Shown here: piece by piece, positions 1 to 11,311 of the stretch | Layout of the letters: every line of letters starts with the position of its first letter | Numbering within the stretch: the stretch's first letter is position 1 | Assembly: GCA_964658305.1 (NCBI GenBank) | Contig: OZ210885.1 | Coordinates: forward strand, 18,166,001-18,230,000 | Source: Leptogorgia sarmentosa | Taxonomy: Eukaryota | Length of the DNA stretch: 64,000 bases | Direction: 5' to 3' | Program-made: the position numbers and the translations under genes | The notes under the pieces: model-generated | The model's input: only the letters and a program-made list of their open reading frames with translations | Told to the model about the DNA's origin: nothing | Databases searched by the model: none

Positions 1-542
1 ATAATAATAATAATCTTTATTTCATCGATAAAATACATATCGTATGTTACATGGTAAAAAGTTTCCACCTCTATTTACAACTGTTTTGATTAACTATTTT
101 CTAAAATCTAAATTCCCAACTCGTGTTCAAAAATTAACCGATTCTAAAAACAGTTCTTATACCTAGTAGTGTTTATCTTTGGCTTCGGGATATGTTCAGT
201 TCTGAGATTATGTCCAGTACTTCTTATCTTCGGCAAGAACTCATATAATGGATGGTTCTCTAAAATCCTAACCTTGTTAAAAATCCTTTTATCTTGTTGG
301 TTTAACAATAATTTAATGTCAATTGGCTTAGAGATATAGCCACGCTTTTTGCAGCGATCTAAAAACTGCTGAACACTAGAAAGTTCTGGATTTGAGGCTC
401 CATACACTGACAATCCATATGTGATGTTAGGCATAACCAAAGCTTGAAATAAATGGTCTATTTCATTCTGGTTGTAACCTTCCTTTCGTAAAGTCCTTAA
501 CACAAATAGAGATTTGTTGGCTTTGCATAGTTTATTTTTAAT
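1..542 (-). mobile_element. 3' end of a CR1/L2-group LINE (RT C-terminus, 3' UTR, (TTA)n tail)
   Basis: ORF 144..503 (LRTLRKEGY...LFQALVMPNITYGLSVYG...NTTRYKNCF) is a typical post-RT region. ATAATAATAATAAT at 1-14 is the tail. The frame joins 11684 (..RFNIHI|KNKLCKANKSLF..) once 543-11680 and one AAT copy are removed. Confidence 0.88.
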
Positions 543-584
543 GGGCTATTCCATTTAATATCCGTACCCCCCCTGTCGAGGATA

Positions 585-1149
585 GGTGGAATTCTTTGGG
601 GCTTATGTAAAAACTACATGGAAATCTTCAGGGGTGAGCATATGATTTAGCATGGAATTCTGCAGGGTGCATGTAAATTTAGCGTGGAATTCTTCAGGGG
701 TGCGTGTAAATTTAGCATGGAATTCTGCAGGGGGTGCATGTAAATTTAGCATGGAATTCTTCAGGGGGTGTGTGTAAATTTAGCATGGAATTCTTCAGGG
801 GTGTGTGTAAATTTAGCATGGAATTCTTCAGGGGGTGTGTGTAAATTTAGCGTGGAATTCTTCAGGGGTGCGTGTAAATTTAGCATGGAATTCTGCAGGG
901 GGTGCATGTAAATTTAGCATGGAATTCTTCAGGGGGTGTGTGTAAATTTAGCATGGAATTCTTCAGGGGTGTGTGTAAATTTAGCATGGAATTCTTCAGG
1001 GGGTGTGTGTAAATTTAGCATGGAATTCTTCAGGGGTGCGTGTAAATTTAGCATGGAATTCTTCAGGGGGTGCATGTAAATTTAGCATGGAATTCTGCAA
1101 GGGGTGCATGTAAATTTAGCATGGAATTCTTCAGGGGTGTGTGTAAATT
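585..1149. repeat. Left subterminal tandem array, ~16-17 x 33-35 bp (TAGCATGGAATTCTTCAGGGGTGTGTGTAAATT)
   Basis: Near-identical units read directly, immediately inside the left TIR. Confidence 0.95.
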
Positions 1150-1704
1150 AATAATTAATTAAAGGTAATTACATGTTACATGGGTGCCAGTCATGTATTA
1201 TTCTCATTTTATGGACAACTGTGTAAGTTAGTGTTCTCTTTCCAAAAGCCAACAAGTGCAAAGAGGGCCACCCAGAAGTTGTTGGGGTCTCTCAGAGCAA
1301 GATGAGCAAAATTTCCTTTGATACCCCTTCCTCTTAAAAATAACAAAAAATAACAGGGTAGTTTTACATCCTACTTTTATAATATTATTACGGCCCCAAA
1401 GCCTGAGGGCGGCCCTGACCATATAGCCAAGGGTAGAACAAATATTGAGTGTAATTTCCTATTTGAAAGGTTGCCACTTCAGCTACCTTGTTTTATCTAA
1501 GAGGAATCATATAATCTAGTGTATCTAGTGTATACACCACAGTGACACCAGTGAAAAGGCATTATCGTTCACAAAAAATTCTAACTGTGACATGTCAAGT
1601 TTGTGTGTTCAATCACTGATTAATGGAATATGAGATTGAATGAGGTTGAAATAATTTTAAAAAGGATAAACGTTAAAATGGTTAAAAAGATTCTAATTGA
1701 AAAG

Positions 1705-2732
1705 TTAATCCTGTTCATATTCATCTTTGACAGAAGCAACTATAGTGTCCATTTGCTCGTCTTCCAAAGGAGGACAATCTGTTGAAATATCGAAGGTTTC
1801 CATCTCCCTGTCACTGCTCTTTTTGGTATTGATTTCCTCATTAGAAGATATCTCCGATCCAGTTCTTTTGTACTGTTCAATTGATCTGATAAGATCGCAC
1901 TGTGCTGACTTAAGATCAGAAAAAACCGCGTCAAATTGATTTTCTAATTCATCTCTTCTTTCTCTCCGTCACTGCGACTTATTTCCTCACAGAATTTCTT
2001 ATAGCCCTTGTCTGTAAGAAACTGTGCCTCATTGAGTTTGTCTGAATTTTTTAGCACAGACGTTAAATTAACTTGGCTCGCTTTTTCCATTCCCATCGTT
2101 AAATTGGAAATTTCGAGTTCCTTAACGTAACTGTTCAAAAGCTCAGTCTTTTTTAGTGTCCAGTGGACATCTATAACGCCACATATTTCTTGAAATCCCC
2201 AAGTGTCAAAAAATGCATCATTAGAAATTTCTTTTACTTTCTTGTTTGCGAAAATCATTCGTTCTTTCTCGAATAGTCTTAACGCATTGTTTATTTCATC
2301 GTCGCCGTATATTATGACATATTTTTGTTTTTCCGAATCTTTTTTCCCAATGGCACTATGACCTTCCTGACACCACGTGACTGAATCCCTTTCTCGCTTT
2401 TTCGATGCCGCTGAAGCCTCTGTGAGTGTTTCGCTCGTGGGTTTAGTGCTGTCACTGCTACTTCTAGCTACTTCGGTTATTTTTACATCACACAAGTACG
2501 TTTGTGGCTGGTCCAACTTCGTTACACACTGTGCCACACGATACTTTTTTTCCTGTTTTTGATTTATTGATGTTCCACACACTACAAAGCGATAATCAAC
2601 ATGAGAAGACTTTGCAAAAAAAATGGTTTTTTGCCTTATTTCTGCTAAAGTTGTTTCCAGATCTACATCTGTAATTGCCCCAACAGTTTCGTTTGTGTCA
2701 CTGTTCCGTAAATAAAGTTGTACCGATGACAT
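1705..2732 (-). CDS. Cargo protein A: ubiquitin-like N-terminus + HMG-box-like + coiled coil (frameshift near 1955)
   Basis: ORF 1944..2732. An alternate frame continues DELENQFDAVFSDLKSAQCDLIRSIEQ...EQD* to 1705. Aligns by eye to 3607..4548 (TVG..../TL.E.R, IY...EI..A...EK.R.IF, I...W, SD.K..Q). Confidence 0.7.
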
Positions 2733-3094
2733 TGTTGGTCTTGGATAATGTCGATGAAATCAGTAGTCGCTGTCGTTTATACGAAATCACTGTGAAACCA
2801 CAGGCATCCCATGCACGTTACGTCATTTTAGTATAATATAATATACTAAGTCTAAGGCTGGCAACTCTTTTACGATAAAAATAGACATGCAATTACACTT
2901 TCGCTTCAAACAAATAAAATAACACGACTTTCTGAAAAAAAACTAGATACAAATGAACTTGGATACCTATTCTAAATTTCTACATAGTTTTTGCGTAAAA
3001 ACAACGTTCCGAAATACTTAAATTTGTTCAATAAAAAGTGTTTTTTATCGAAATTTTTTTTGTAGATTTGCGGGATGCAAAATGCCCTACAAAC

Positions 3095-3394
3095 CATAGG
3101 CAGCCCAGTGATCTGGGGTTTTATTATGTTAACTAAAGTTGAATAGGGCTATTTCATCATCCTTAGTTGTTTATATGCGTGCGCCGACAATACGGTCACT
3201 CGCGTATGTAATTAATAGTTATAATAATTGACAATTTTATAACTATTGTAATTTTAGTCAATTATTATAACTATTAATTACATACGCGAGTGACCGTATT
3301 GTCGGCGCACACATATAAACAACTAAGGATGATGAAATAGCCCTATTCAACCTTAGTTAACATAATAAAACCCCAGATCACTGGGCTGCCTATG
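3095..3394. mobile_element. P-element-like palindromic MITE
   Basis: CATAGGCAGCCCAG...CTGGGCTGCCTATG with ~137-bp near-perfect inverted arms. 7-bp TSD TACAAAC (3088-3094 / 3395-3401). CAT...ATG termini. Confidence 0.85.
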
Positions 3395-3606
3395 TACAAA
3401 CGTCATCTTCGGAAACCGCTTCGGCTGAGCTCTTATTGGCTGTTGACAACTCGGAAACCTAAATCTTAGCCAATGTTGAACCGATGTTGATATTTGATTG
3501 TGCTATTTATACTGTTTACCTACGATGTTCCAAATATGGATTAGCAACGTTTTCACTTAATCGGGAATCGGGAAGGTGACGAAACGTTAACGTGTAGTCG
3601 TGTACA

Positions 3607-4548
3607 ATGAAAGCAATCAAAGTGTACTTGGATGGAAAAACGGTTGGTGTTTTACCAGCATTTGAGGAAGGAGTCACTTTGTCAGAACTCCGCAATGAAA
3701 TTTGGGAGGATTTTGGGCTAAATAATTTTCGTTATTTACACGAAAATGAGCCAATTAATTTAAGCACGGAAACACTTGTTAAAGTTGGGTCTGTCGCAAA
3801 ATGCGAGGGTAAAAACAGCAATTGTTTATCCATTGAGCTAACATCCAGTGGTGTGTTATGTCGAAGCAGCAACAACACCGCTTTTAGTTCGGCGGGCCAT
3901 GACGTGTCTCCTGTCTCGGATGCCAGTCTAGCTGTCGATCAAGCTGATGAAAGTCAAGTATTTACTGAAACACAAAGTGATTCATCAAGCAGTAAACCCA
4001 CGAGCATGTTTTTGCGAAGTCCCAGTTCTTGGGAAGTACGGGGTATCAAGATTTACACGAAAAAGAACGAAATAGAATCGGCAAAGGGAATAGAGAAACA
4101 AAGACGCATTTTCTGGAATGACATGGCAAAAAAACTGTGCAAAGAAACCAAAAAATCTAAACAGGTTATTGCACAAATTATCAACGAGTCGTGGAGAAGT
4201 GAGCAAACTAGCTTATTGATTACGAAAAGTAAAGATTTGCTAGATGCAGCTAAAGAAATAGAAAGAACTGACAGTAAAATGAAGCCCAACACTATAGCAA
4301 AAAATATCCAGAGAATCAAGGGCAGCCAGAAAGAATTGGAACGGATTAATGCAGAAATAAAGGAGGCTAGCGCTTTGGTGGGGCAAAGTCCACAGGGGAA
4401 TAGAATTTGCAAGAGAAAGCACGAGCTGGAGCTGGAAGAATTACAACGCGCCAAGAAGTATCACCTTTCTGATATCAAGAAAGGTCAAGACACAATGCGG
4501 AAAAATTTAAATTTAAAACTGTCTGAAGTTCAAAACCTTATGAAATAG
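3607..4548 (+). CDS. Cargo protein B (313 aa, intact): ubiquitin-like N-terminus + Ser-rich linker + HMG-box-like + coiled coil
   Basis: IKVYLDGKTVG...TLSELRNEI...FRYLHENEPIN fits a beta-grasp pattern. RRIFWNDMAKKL...IAQIINESW resembles HMG helices 1-2. Heptad-rich C-terminus. Confidence 0.72.
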   Translation: MKAIKVYLDGKTVGVLPAFEEGVTLSELRNEIWEDFGLNNFRYLHENEPINLSTETLVKVGSVAKCEGKNSNCLSIELTSSGVLCRSSNNTAFSSAGHDVSPVSDASLAVDQADESQVFTETQSDSSSSKPTSMFLRSPSSWEVRGIKIYTKKNEIESAKGIEKQRRIFWNDMAKKLCKETKKSKQVIAQIINESWRSEQTSLLITKSKDLLDAAKEIERTDSKMKPNTIAKNIQRIKGSQKELERINAEIKEASALVGQSPQGNRICKRKHELELEELQRAKKYHLSDIKKGQDTMRKNLNLKLSEVQNLMK

Positions 4549-5137
4549 TACATTTTCGCTATTCCATAACTTTTCTTGCTGTTACATACTTTATATTGTT
4601 CACGTAGTCGTTGAGATATTTATACGTATATGTTAGTGTTATAGCAGGCCAATTATTTCCTCAAATATATTCAGTATACTGTTATAAAGTAAAAAATATT
4701 TACAATGTCTTGCCCACTGACCTTGCCTGATGGGTATCTTTCCAAAATTGTCTTAGCGAACTTGACTTACTTCCATCATAAACAAATTGAGTTATTCAAA
4801 AAGGGAATGTATGATATTTTGGTAAGTCCCAAGTAGACTCGTCTACACTTAATTTTATGGGGCAAGTACACATGTAGCTATTTGCTGAAAATCTGGCGTG
4901 CCTATTTTTTAGCAAAGCTGCAAATGTATCTGGCATAAAATTGCCAGATGAAAATTTATGAGACATCATGTACTCGGGGCTTTTCGATGAAATATTCTGA
5001 ACATTGCAAGGTCGATGCCTGGTTGATTGTCATTATGAAATTTACAAGCAAATATGTAAACAAAATCTGATTGGCCAATTGCAAAAGAGCAACCAATCAA
5101 CTGGTAAGTTTATAAATATTTTATTATGAATTTCATA

Positions 5138-5265
5138 CAGGGTTGCCATCTTGGCTTTTTTTAAGCCAAATTTTGCGTTTTTGGCTTTTTTTGGAGGCGT
5201 TTGGCTGGGAAAAAAGGCCTTTGGCTTTTTTTAAGAATTTGGCTTTTTTTGGCTGTTTTTTGAAA
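5138..5265 (+). mobile_element. hAT-like MITE end fragment
   Basis: CAGGGTTGCCA terminus followed by repeated TTTGGCTTTTT motifs. Partner end not found. Confidence 0.4.
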
Positions 5266-5484
5266 ATGCGAGTATGAATTCAATTATTGCTATAATAGGA
5301 TGAAATAATTAATAAACAGCCTTGGAAATTGGAATGAGTATTGTATATTTTAAGGCACTACAAGTTAACTAGCTAGTTGGCTGAAAAGTGCTGACATTAA
5401 CTTGAAAGAGTACGAAATTTATATTGTTGATAATGACATTTAATATGTGTTGATTATCTTTTCTGTAAATGAGACAAATATATT

Positions 5485-6732
5485 TTGATTCAAATGCTAT
5501 TTAAAGATGCAGTAAAGTCCGTTCTGCGCATTCTTTCTGCTCATAACAAAGACTTACAAGGTTCGGTATTGCGGGAGTATCTTCCCAAAATATCTTCAAG
5601 ATATTTTAATTGCGTTTTCAAACCTGTTTTGAAGCAAATCGATTCGAAAAAATTACTGAACGTTCACAGTTTAGAGGAAATTCTACCCGAAAGTATGTGC
5701 ATAAATCTACGGGCTGAACTTTCGTCCAAGGAACTTTCGCATCAACCAAATATAAATAGTTTCGATTTGACAAAAAACCCTACGGGCACTGGCAAGTTTG
5801 TTGTAGATCTTCCTGTTTTTGGGATGATAGACAAAAATGGACTCCAAGATATGATAAAGCTACATAATCTTCGGAAGACAGTTAAAGAAGTGGAAGACGA
5901 AAGAAGTTGGGTAACAAAAGCGGAAAGGCAGCTCAGATCCAATAAGGGTTTAAAAGAATTATTACAACCTGTGAAGGAGTACGCCAACGCGCTTTGGTCA
6001 AGTACAGGGAAAGATAAAGCATTTGGAATAAACATCAAAGACACCATGCGATTAGCGTGTGACCGATGGTTCTCAGATGATCTTATTGAGTGTTTCTTTT
6101 CTATGCTTGATGCGTCGTCTGAAGAGCATATGTTTCTTGTTTTTGATCCTCTAATGACCAACCCGTCACATTTATTAAAGCGAGTTGAAGCGAGATTAAA
6201 TAACACAACTAAGTATTTACATTTTGCTTTGAATGTCAAGTGTACTGGTATTAACTTGGCCACAACAATAGGGAATGGAAATCATTGGGTATACGTCCTT
6301 GTGACTAATAATGGAGAAGACATTATATATGGTGACCCTAAAGGCTGGAAAATGCCAGATGCTTTACAATCCATCTTCGAACCTGTACTTAACATACTTA
6401 GAAAGAGACATGGATCGCAAACTAACCCCATTGTTAGGCAGAAAGTAATGCATCATCACACTTTTGGAACTGTGCATAATTGTGTAAAAGGTTGTAGTAA
6501 CTTGTTCCCAGTACAAACCTGCCAGGATTTTTGTGGGGGCATTGTAATTCTTGTTTGCGCATTAGCGATTTTATTACCGGATTTGTGGAATCACATGATA
6601 TTTGAAGAAAATTCTTTTAATGGCCGTGAGGTAACAACAGAATACAACACTTTTATAAAACTGTTGAGGAACCCGTCTTCTCATGCTTTGATATGGAGAT
6701 CACTAATGATATCTTGGTTGGTACAGAAGTAG
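5485..6732 (+). CDS. Ulp1/SENP-like (peptidase C48) cysteine protease
   Basis: RWFSDDLIECFF, GNHWVYVLV (His), IYGDPKGW (Asp), PVQTCQDFCGG (oxyanion Gln + Cys). True start uncertain. Probably once fused to the next ORF (frames overlap at 6710-6732). Confidence 0.75.
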   Translation: MIQMLFKDAVKSVLRILSAHNKDLQGSVLREYLPKISSRYFNCVFKPVLKQIDSKKLLNVHSLEEILPESMCINLRAELSSKELSHQPNINSFDLTKNPTGTGKFVVDLPVFGMIDKNGLQDMIKLHNLRKTVKEVEDERSWVTKAERQLRSNKGLKELLQPVKEYANALWSSTGKDKAFGINIKDTMRLACDRWFSDDLIECFFSMLDASSEEHMFLVFDPLMTNPSHLLKRVEARLNNTTKYLHFALNVKCTGINLATTIGNGNHWVYVLVTNNGEDIIYGDPKGWKMPDALQSIFEPVLNILRKRHGSQTNPIVRQKVMHHHTFGTVHNCVKGCSNLFPVQTCQDFCGGIVILVCALAILLPDLWNHMIFEENSFNGREVTTEYNTFIKLLRNPSSHALIWRSLMISWLVQK

Positions 6733-6733
6733 T

Positions 6734-9700
6734 TTGCCTTATTCACAGTTATCACATAAATCATACGTAAACAAAACAGAGAGCGAAAAGATGGAACACG
6801 ATGAGAAAAAAGAGATAAATGATGAACTTAATATGAATAAAAAGATCCCATTTTCAAAACTATCGCCTAGCTGGTATGCATTGCAGCTATCAAAAGAAAA
6901 GCTTTGCTATCCACGTTTGTCAAAAAAGTGGTTTGAGAAGCAAAGTTTCGACAAGCCACAGCATGATCCAAGTATTTCTCCCAACTGTAATGCTGATCAA
7001 CCAGACATTCCTTTAAATTCTGAGATACCTTGCTCGCACAAAGATGACAAGACGTTACGAAAAACTGTTGAAGAGAATACAAACAGCCAAATTCCATACA
7101 AAGGTATATCTAAACAATGGTACAAAAGAAGAGGCGCACTTTCACTTAAAAATAGAAGCAGAAGCAAGCAGGTAATAGCTGGAGGGAGTCTCCAAGAAAA
7201 TCTTAAGGCTATCATAGATACAAACCAAAACCTTGCTGCTGGAACAAAAAAACATGAGGTGAATAAAGCGATGATAAACGTTGGGACTTACATATTAGAA
7301 AACGGCCCTTTAATCGCCACTCAGGATCTCGGTAAGGTTTTACTCGGAATAAGACCCGAGAAGAGTGGAAAGAAACGAAAACCTCGCTCGTCTGAAATTC
7401 TAAGAAGAATACAAAACCACTTTAATGTGATAGAGGTTAAACTAAGAGGGAAGTCATACATAGTGGAGAACAGGAGTCAGAATATTTCCAAGATTGCTAC
7501 AACATTAGAAGAAATAATTGGACGTTGTTCAACAGAAAACATTAATACTCACCTTGAGACAAAAATTGGGACTCTTTTCAAATCGGCTGTAAGATTCGCC
7601 GATCGTGATTTGATTAAAGGTTTATTTGCTACTGCAACAAGCGTAAAATTCGTTGCAAAAATGCTTGACGTGAAAAACAGAAACTCCATTCAGTCTGCAA
7701 AAGACGAGCTTGCCTTTAAAATATCCAAATTTCTAGAAGTTGAAAAAACGTCGCAGATCGTGAGGAATGATATGACCAACGAACAACAAAGAAGGACAAC
7801 TAAAAGAATAATTGCGCAAAGGAAGACAAATAATTTCAAACTGAAATACGAAACAAGGGGACGAATGATGCTCGCTGACAAATTTCCTGAACTCAAAATT
7901 GTCTTGGAAGAAATATTTAACGCAGGGGTTACTGGGATGCATGGTGGTCTTGAAAGTCACCCAAGACTTACTACAGATGTACTATACAGGTCACGAGACA
8001 ACACATTATTTATGCATCAGGCCCGCGAAATCCTGCTTCAAGTATCACCGCCAGGGTTCGGTATATCATTAAAGTCGTGCTACAACTATACAGAGTCGTA
8101 TAAAGACAAAACATACTCGGCAAAACGCCATCATGTTGGTAAAGATGTTAATGCGAAAATATCCCTTAATCGTCCTCCTAGAATTGGTGTTTCTAAGCAC
8201 GTAGTCAACTTGCATTGGACAACCAAGAACGTAAACTTGCTGCTTGAAAATCTGGAGACGAGCCAGGATGATTGTGTGATCGATTCAAAGGATGCAAAAG
8301 CCATTGTTTGTGGAGATATCCAGCCAGTACAAAATCCAGGAAAGAGTTGGAAATCCATCACTTATGAAGATCACACATTTGAACAAAGTCGAGTGAATGC
8401 TGTTTATCCCATGACACATTTATTTATGGAACCGAAAGAAAGTATTGATGAAAAAACCAACACAGCTAGAGTTACCAGGACAGGACAGGCGGTTGTTCTC
8501 ATTAACATTGCCTTCTTTGAACCCGAAACTACATTTCGCGCAATGAACGAAATATTGTACTTGTTAAGCAGACCATCCTTGGACAAAATTTTTAGAAATC
8601 CAGTTACAGGTAACATTAAATCCGTCTTTTCATTTATTGTCGATAATGGTCATGGTGAAGACCCAGATAGCCCACTGACTCAAATGTGCTTGTCGAGGTT
8701 ATTGTACTTGCTCTCCCTTACCAAAATTAGCCAACGGTCTTTTGCTAAATATCACAGTAAAAGAAACTTTGTTGAAAGAGTGCATGCTGCTGAGAATTTG
8801 GCCTTGTCGCGACATGGCTCCTTTAACAGCAAAAAAATTCACAGCGACCCAGAAGTAGGCAGTAAAGAGCACGCCGAAAATATGGAAGAAATGGCACTTG
8901 ATGTGAAAGACTGCATTTCTGAAGCTCGGTTTGCCGGACGTTTTCTACAATGTTTCAGAGGGATCAACAACAATAACGGAGTTTTTGACGACGAAAATAA
9001 ATTAAAAGAATTTTTGAGTCTTTCAGAAGAACGGAAAGAAGAATGCACCTGGATATACAAAGCGGAAAGTATCAGTAATTCAATCTTCGAATCACTTGTC
9101 ATGGTCTGGAATGTGCCTGCAGATTTTGAAAGAAGATACATTAGCGATTATAAAGTTGTGATGAATAAAGAAGAGAACGTTAACTGTTCAGCATGGAAGG
9201 ATAAATATTCTACAACACTTTACAGTGGCATAGATGAGAACAATTTTGAGTTTCAACCTATACCAGATTATGTAAGATGGTTCGAAAGTAACGGAGAGCT
9301 TCATTATCTGTCATACGAGAAAACAGTGGCGCTATATGAAGAGATACAAATTGACATACCAGCGTTACTCCTGCCATCCACTGTCTTGGATTGGTTGTTT
9401 GTAAAGAACAGCACACCACCGGATGATGTACTTTTCGAAATCTCGATTCTTGCTTGGCTTCCAGTACAGGATGTGACAAAGTATTTCCAATTAAAACGTG
9501 ATAAAATGGAAAAAGACTTTAAGAAAGATCTCGCAAGGGAAACATGGCGAAATCACACATTGTACAAAAAGTCAACGGGAGAGTTACAACAGCAATGTAG
9601 AAAAGACAGTCTTTCACCTTCAGGACAAAAGTACGAGCTTGTGCAAAGATTGGCATTGGCAAGAGGGGAACAAGACAGAAGCAAATTTCAGCCTTCATAC

Positions 9701-10378
9701 TGTGGAAAATTATCATCCCTACCTAAATCTCTCAGTGAACTTAAGAAAATGCCAATTCCGACCATAAAGTACATTTTAAAGTCCAACGCAATTTCATATG
9801 CAGGTAATAAAGATGAGCTGGTACTACGACTATACCTTCTTATCCATGGACGTTCCTATTTAGCATTTTACGAGCAAGAGAAGCAACTAAAACGATGCAT
9901 CACAACTGTGAAGCGAATCATATCACTCGAAATTAAACAATCGATATTGTCGTGTAATAACATACACAGAATCCGAACTTGCACTACTTCCAACTCGATT
10001 GCAAAATCAAAAATTATGATCCCCAAGAACATACAGGCGATTACCGATTTACACAAACTGTTTTCGGCTCTCCTAAATTATGTTGACCATCTAGTTAACC
10101 GAGATTTGGACGACTCAAGTGCAGATGAAGACGTTATTGAAGATAATTCCGACGAGTACTGTGAATATTTTGAAGTTGGGAAGCAAGTTAAAGTCAAATG
10201 GACAAAGGATGAGATAGGGGATACAGGATGGAGAGCCGGTTGGTATAACGCAGAGGTGCAAAAAAGCAATATATCATCGGATGAAATTACCATTGTCTAT
10301 GTTTCAGAGCCCGAGTCCATATATAAAGTTGAAGTTACCCCACTGTTGGCTCATGGAAAGTTGAAGTTAAACAAATAA
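6734..10378 (+). CDS. Zator-like DDE transposase with two SAP domains and C-terminal Tudor/Agenet-like domain (1214 aa open)
   Basis: IDSKDAKAIV, YEDHTF, FIVDNGHGEDP and HSKRNFVERVHAAEN parallel the Zator motifs DDKA/DHDF/DGGPDE/S..N.VER. SAP-like ELQQQCRKDSLSPSGQKYELVQRL and IKYILKSNAISYAGNKDELVLRL. Tudor-like FEVGKQVKVKW...GWYNAEV. Confidence 0.82.
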   Translation: MPYSQLSHKSYVNKTESEKMEHDEKKEINDELNMNKKIPFSKLSPSWYALQLSKEKLCYPRLSKKWFEKQSFDKPQHDPSISPNCNADQPDIPLNSEIPCSHKDDKTLRKTVEENTNSQIPYKGISKQWYKRRGALSLKNRSRSKQVIAGGSLQENLKAIIDTNQNLAAGTKKHEVNKAMINVGTYILENGPLIATQDLGKVLLGIRPEKSGKKRKPRSSEILRRIQNHFNVIEVKLRGKSYIVENRSQNISKIATTLEEIIGRCSTENINTHLETKIGTLFKSAVRFADRDLIKGLFATATSVKFVAKMLDVKNRNSIQSAKDELAFKISKFLEVEKTSQIVRNDMTNEQQRRTTKRIIAQRKTNNFKLKYETRGRMMLADKFPELKIVLEEIFNAGVTGMHGGLESHPRLTTDVLYRSRDNTLFMHQAREILLQVSPPGFGISLKSCYNYTESYKDKTYSAKRHHVGKDVNAKISLNRPPRIGVSKHVVNLHWTTKNVNLLLENLETSQDDCVIDSKDAKAIVCGDIQPVQNPGKSWKSITYEDHTFEQSRVNAVYPMTHLFMEPKESIDEKTNTARVTRTGQAVVLINIAFFEPETTFRAMNEILYLLSRPSLDKIFRNPVTGNIKSVFSFIVDNGHGEDPDSPLTQMCLSRLLYLLSLTKISQRSFAKYHSKRNFVERVHAAENLALSRHGSFNSKKIHSDPEVGSKEHAENMEEMALDVKDCISEARFAGRFLQCFRGINNNNGVFDDENKLKEFLSLSEERKEECTWIYKAESISNSIFESLVMVWNVPADFERRYISDYKVVMNKEENVNCSAWKDKYSTTLYSGIDENNFEFQPIPDYVRWFESNGELHYLSYEKTVALYEEIQIDIPALLLPSTVLDWLFVKNSTPPDDVLFEISILAWLPVQDVTKYFQLKRDKMEKDFKKDLARETWRNHTLYKKSTGELQQQCRKDSLSPSGQKYELVQRLALARGEQDRSKFQPSYCGKLSSLPKSLSELKKMPIPTIKYILKSNAISYAGNKDELVLRLYLLIHGRSYLAFYEQEKQLKRCITTVKRIISLEIKQSILSCNNIHRIRTCTTSNSIAKSKIMIPKNIQAITDLHKLFSALLNYVDHLVNRDLDDSSADEDVIEDNSDEYCEYFEVGKQVKVKWTKDEIGDTGWRAGWYNAEVQKSNISSDEITIVYVSEPESIYKVEVTPLLAHGKLKLNK

Positions 10379-10461
10379 TAAGGGAGCTACAGGAAAAGTA
10401 CATGTTCACCTGCCATATCAGGGACAATTTTATTTTACCTTAATAATGTATATTAGACTTA

Positions 10462-10807
10462 GACTACATTTACACGATGCCGGTATTATGTGAAAACGGT
10501 AGAAAAATTACGATAGTTTGCGAATGTGCCGTTTACCTGTTGCGTTTACACGGTGCCGGTAAAAATAATGACGGTTTGTCATGTGATATTCCTTGTCCAA
10601 TGACATTTAACCATTGTCGAACTCTTGCGGCGCGGGCGTTTACACGGTGCTTGTTACTGTTCCGTTTTCACACTTCGCCGATAAGGACGACGTTTTCGTT
10701 TTTTGCCGTTTTCATGGCATTTTCTGCCGGTATCGTATAAACGCAAGGCCAAAACGGCATAATTTCGTTCCGTTTTCAAATGAAAACGGCATCGTGTAAA
10801 CGTAGTC
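10462..10807. mobile_element. Harbinger/PIF-type MITE
   Basis: 21-bp TIR GACTACATTTACACGATGCCG / CGGCATCGTGTAAACGTAGTC (1 mismatch). TSD TTA on both sides. Confidence 0.85.
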
Positions 10808-11311
10808 TTAATAAGTGAAATTCTACATGTTGGATGCGTTCACATGTCTTGTGGGGTCCTGTGGACACGTTTTTCATCAATTTTCCTATAAAATTCTATA
10901 ATTGTCAAAAAAGGTGAAATTTCAGGTTGGTTTTTAGGAAAAATCACTTATGTTGTTAGAAAAGTCAAAAACATGTAACATTGTGATTAATCTTTTTAGA
11001 CATTTTTATATAAATATCTAGATGTTTATATAAAAATATCTAGAAGGTTTGACTGTTGTTTACCTATTTTATATCTACATATAACTTTTTATGAGGGCCA
11101 CAAGTTCATTAGTTGCTACAACTATTATGTGTCAGCCTCGTTAAATAAAGTTTAAATGAAAATGAAATGAAACCAGAGCAATATAAAAGGACATATTGTA
11201 TATATTACATATTGTATAATTATATTATGCTCACTAGTGTCAGAATGTTAATATATAAAATACAGGTTTTTTGTGAATATGAGGGAGCTTGATGAATTTA
11301 CTTACTTTCAA

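Noticed and set aside
585..1149. CRISPR-like regular repeats (also 11312-11620 and 59801-60215)
   Set aside because: No unique spacers, no cas genes, eukaryotic TE context. These are subterminal or UTR tandem repeats.
3095..3394. miRNA or structural RNA hairpin
   Set aside because: A 7-bp TSD and CAT..ATG ends identify a MITE.
5742..10293. Many short antisense ORFs opposite long ORFs (here and throughout)
   Set aside because: Shadow frames of real coding sequence with no recognisable motifs.
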